Below, one piece after another: positions 63,649 to 64,000 of a stretch of DNA of 64,000 nucleotides. Source of the stretch: Malacoraja senta (lineage: Eukaryota); contig CM075990.1 in assembly GCA_038087875.1 (NCBI GenBank), forward strand, positions 1,428,001 to 1,492,000. The letters are read 5' to 3'. The position numbers and the translations under genes are program-made. Position 1 is the first letter of the stretch. Each line of letters starts with the position of its first letter. Below the pieces are notes generated by a model, which saw nothing but the letters and a program-made list of their open reading frames with translations, ran no database searches and was not told the DNA's origin.

Positions 63649-64000
63649 TCTATATTACTAAAACTAAGATCTTGACCGCTTTTGACTTACTGTTTTGTGA
63701 TTTCGGAGAGAACGCCGCCAGTAAAGGCCGTCATTTTTGGCCACCTTCCTCAGAGCCCCCTTCCGCCGGAATGGACCGGAGGATTTTTCCCATCGATGAA
63801 AAATCAGAGATATATTAAAGTTTTTTTTTAAATCGCCATTCTCTCTGCTGCCCCCGCTGGCGGCAGGGTGGCGGAACTCTAAAACCCGGAATGTCGTGGC
63901 TCACTCAGTCTCTTCCAGACGGAGGATGCGATAGGGTCACGGCTCTCTGAGCTGCGAATAACACTGAATACACGTCTACTCCACGGCGAGTCCACGGGAT
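63649..64000 (+). mobile_element. Probable Helitron-like element 5' end (runs off the window)
   Basis: Homology to units 1/2 stops at A|TCTATATTACTAAAAC, a typical Helitron 5'-TC start. The 3' CTRR end is not visible. Confidence 0.45.

Overview
Eukaryotic, repeat-dense DNA with no recognisable host protein-coding gene. The repeat content (CR1, Rex1/Babar, L1, Penelope-like, hAT/Harbinger MITEs) suggests a cartilaginous fish, probably a skate or ray; this is an inference. The window is about 2.8 copies of a ~20.6-kb tandem macro-repeat, with units starting at 1, 26049 and 46643. Each unit carries a four-gene tRNA cassette: Phe(GAA)+, Lys(CTT)+, Asp(GTC)-, iMet(CAT)-. The copies act as filled/empty controls for each other. 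Unit 1 has a very young Ty3/Gypsy LTR element, a Harbinger-like MITE, a CR1 insert and an iMet gene destroyed by templated fold-back insertions. Unit 2 has a 275-bp duplication breaking inside tRNA-Lys and a G19T tRNA-Asp. Unit 3 has a young L1, a Rex1 with a nested CR1 and a probable Helitron. Different tRNAs are damaged in different units. The abundant short Penelope-derived repeat carries a minimal hammerhead-ribozyme-like core. All calls were made by eye, without database searches.
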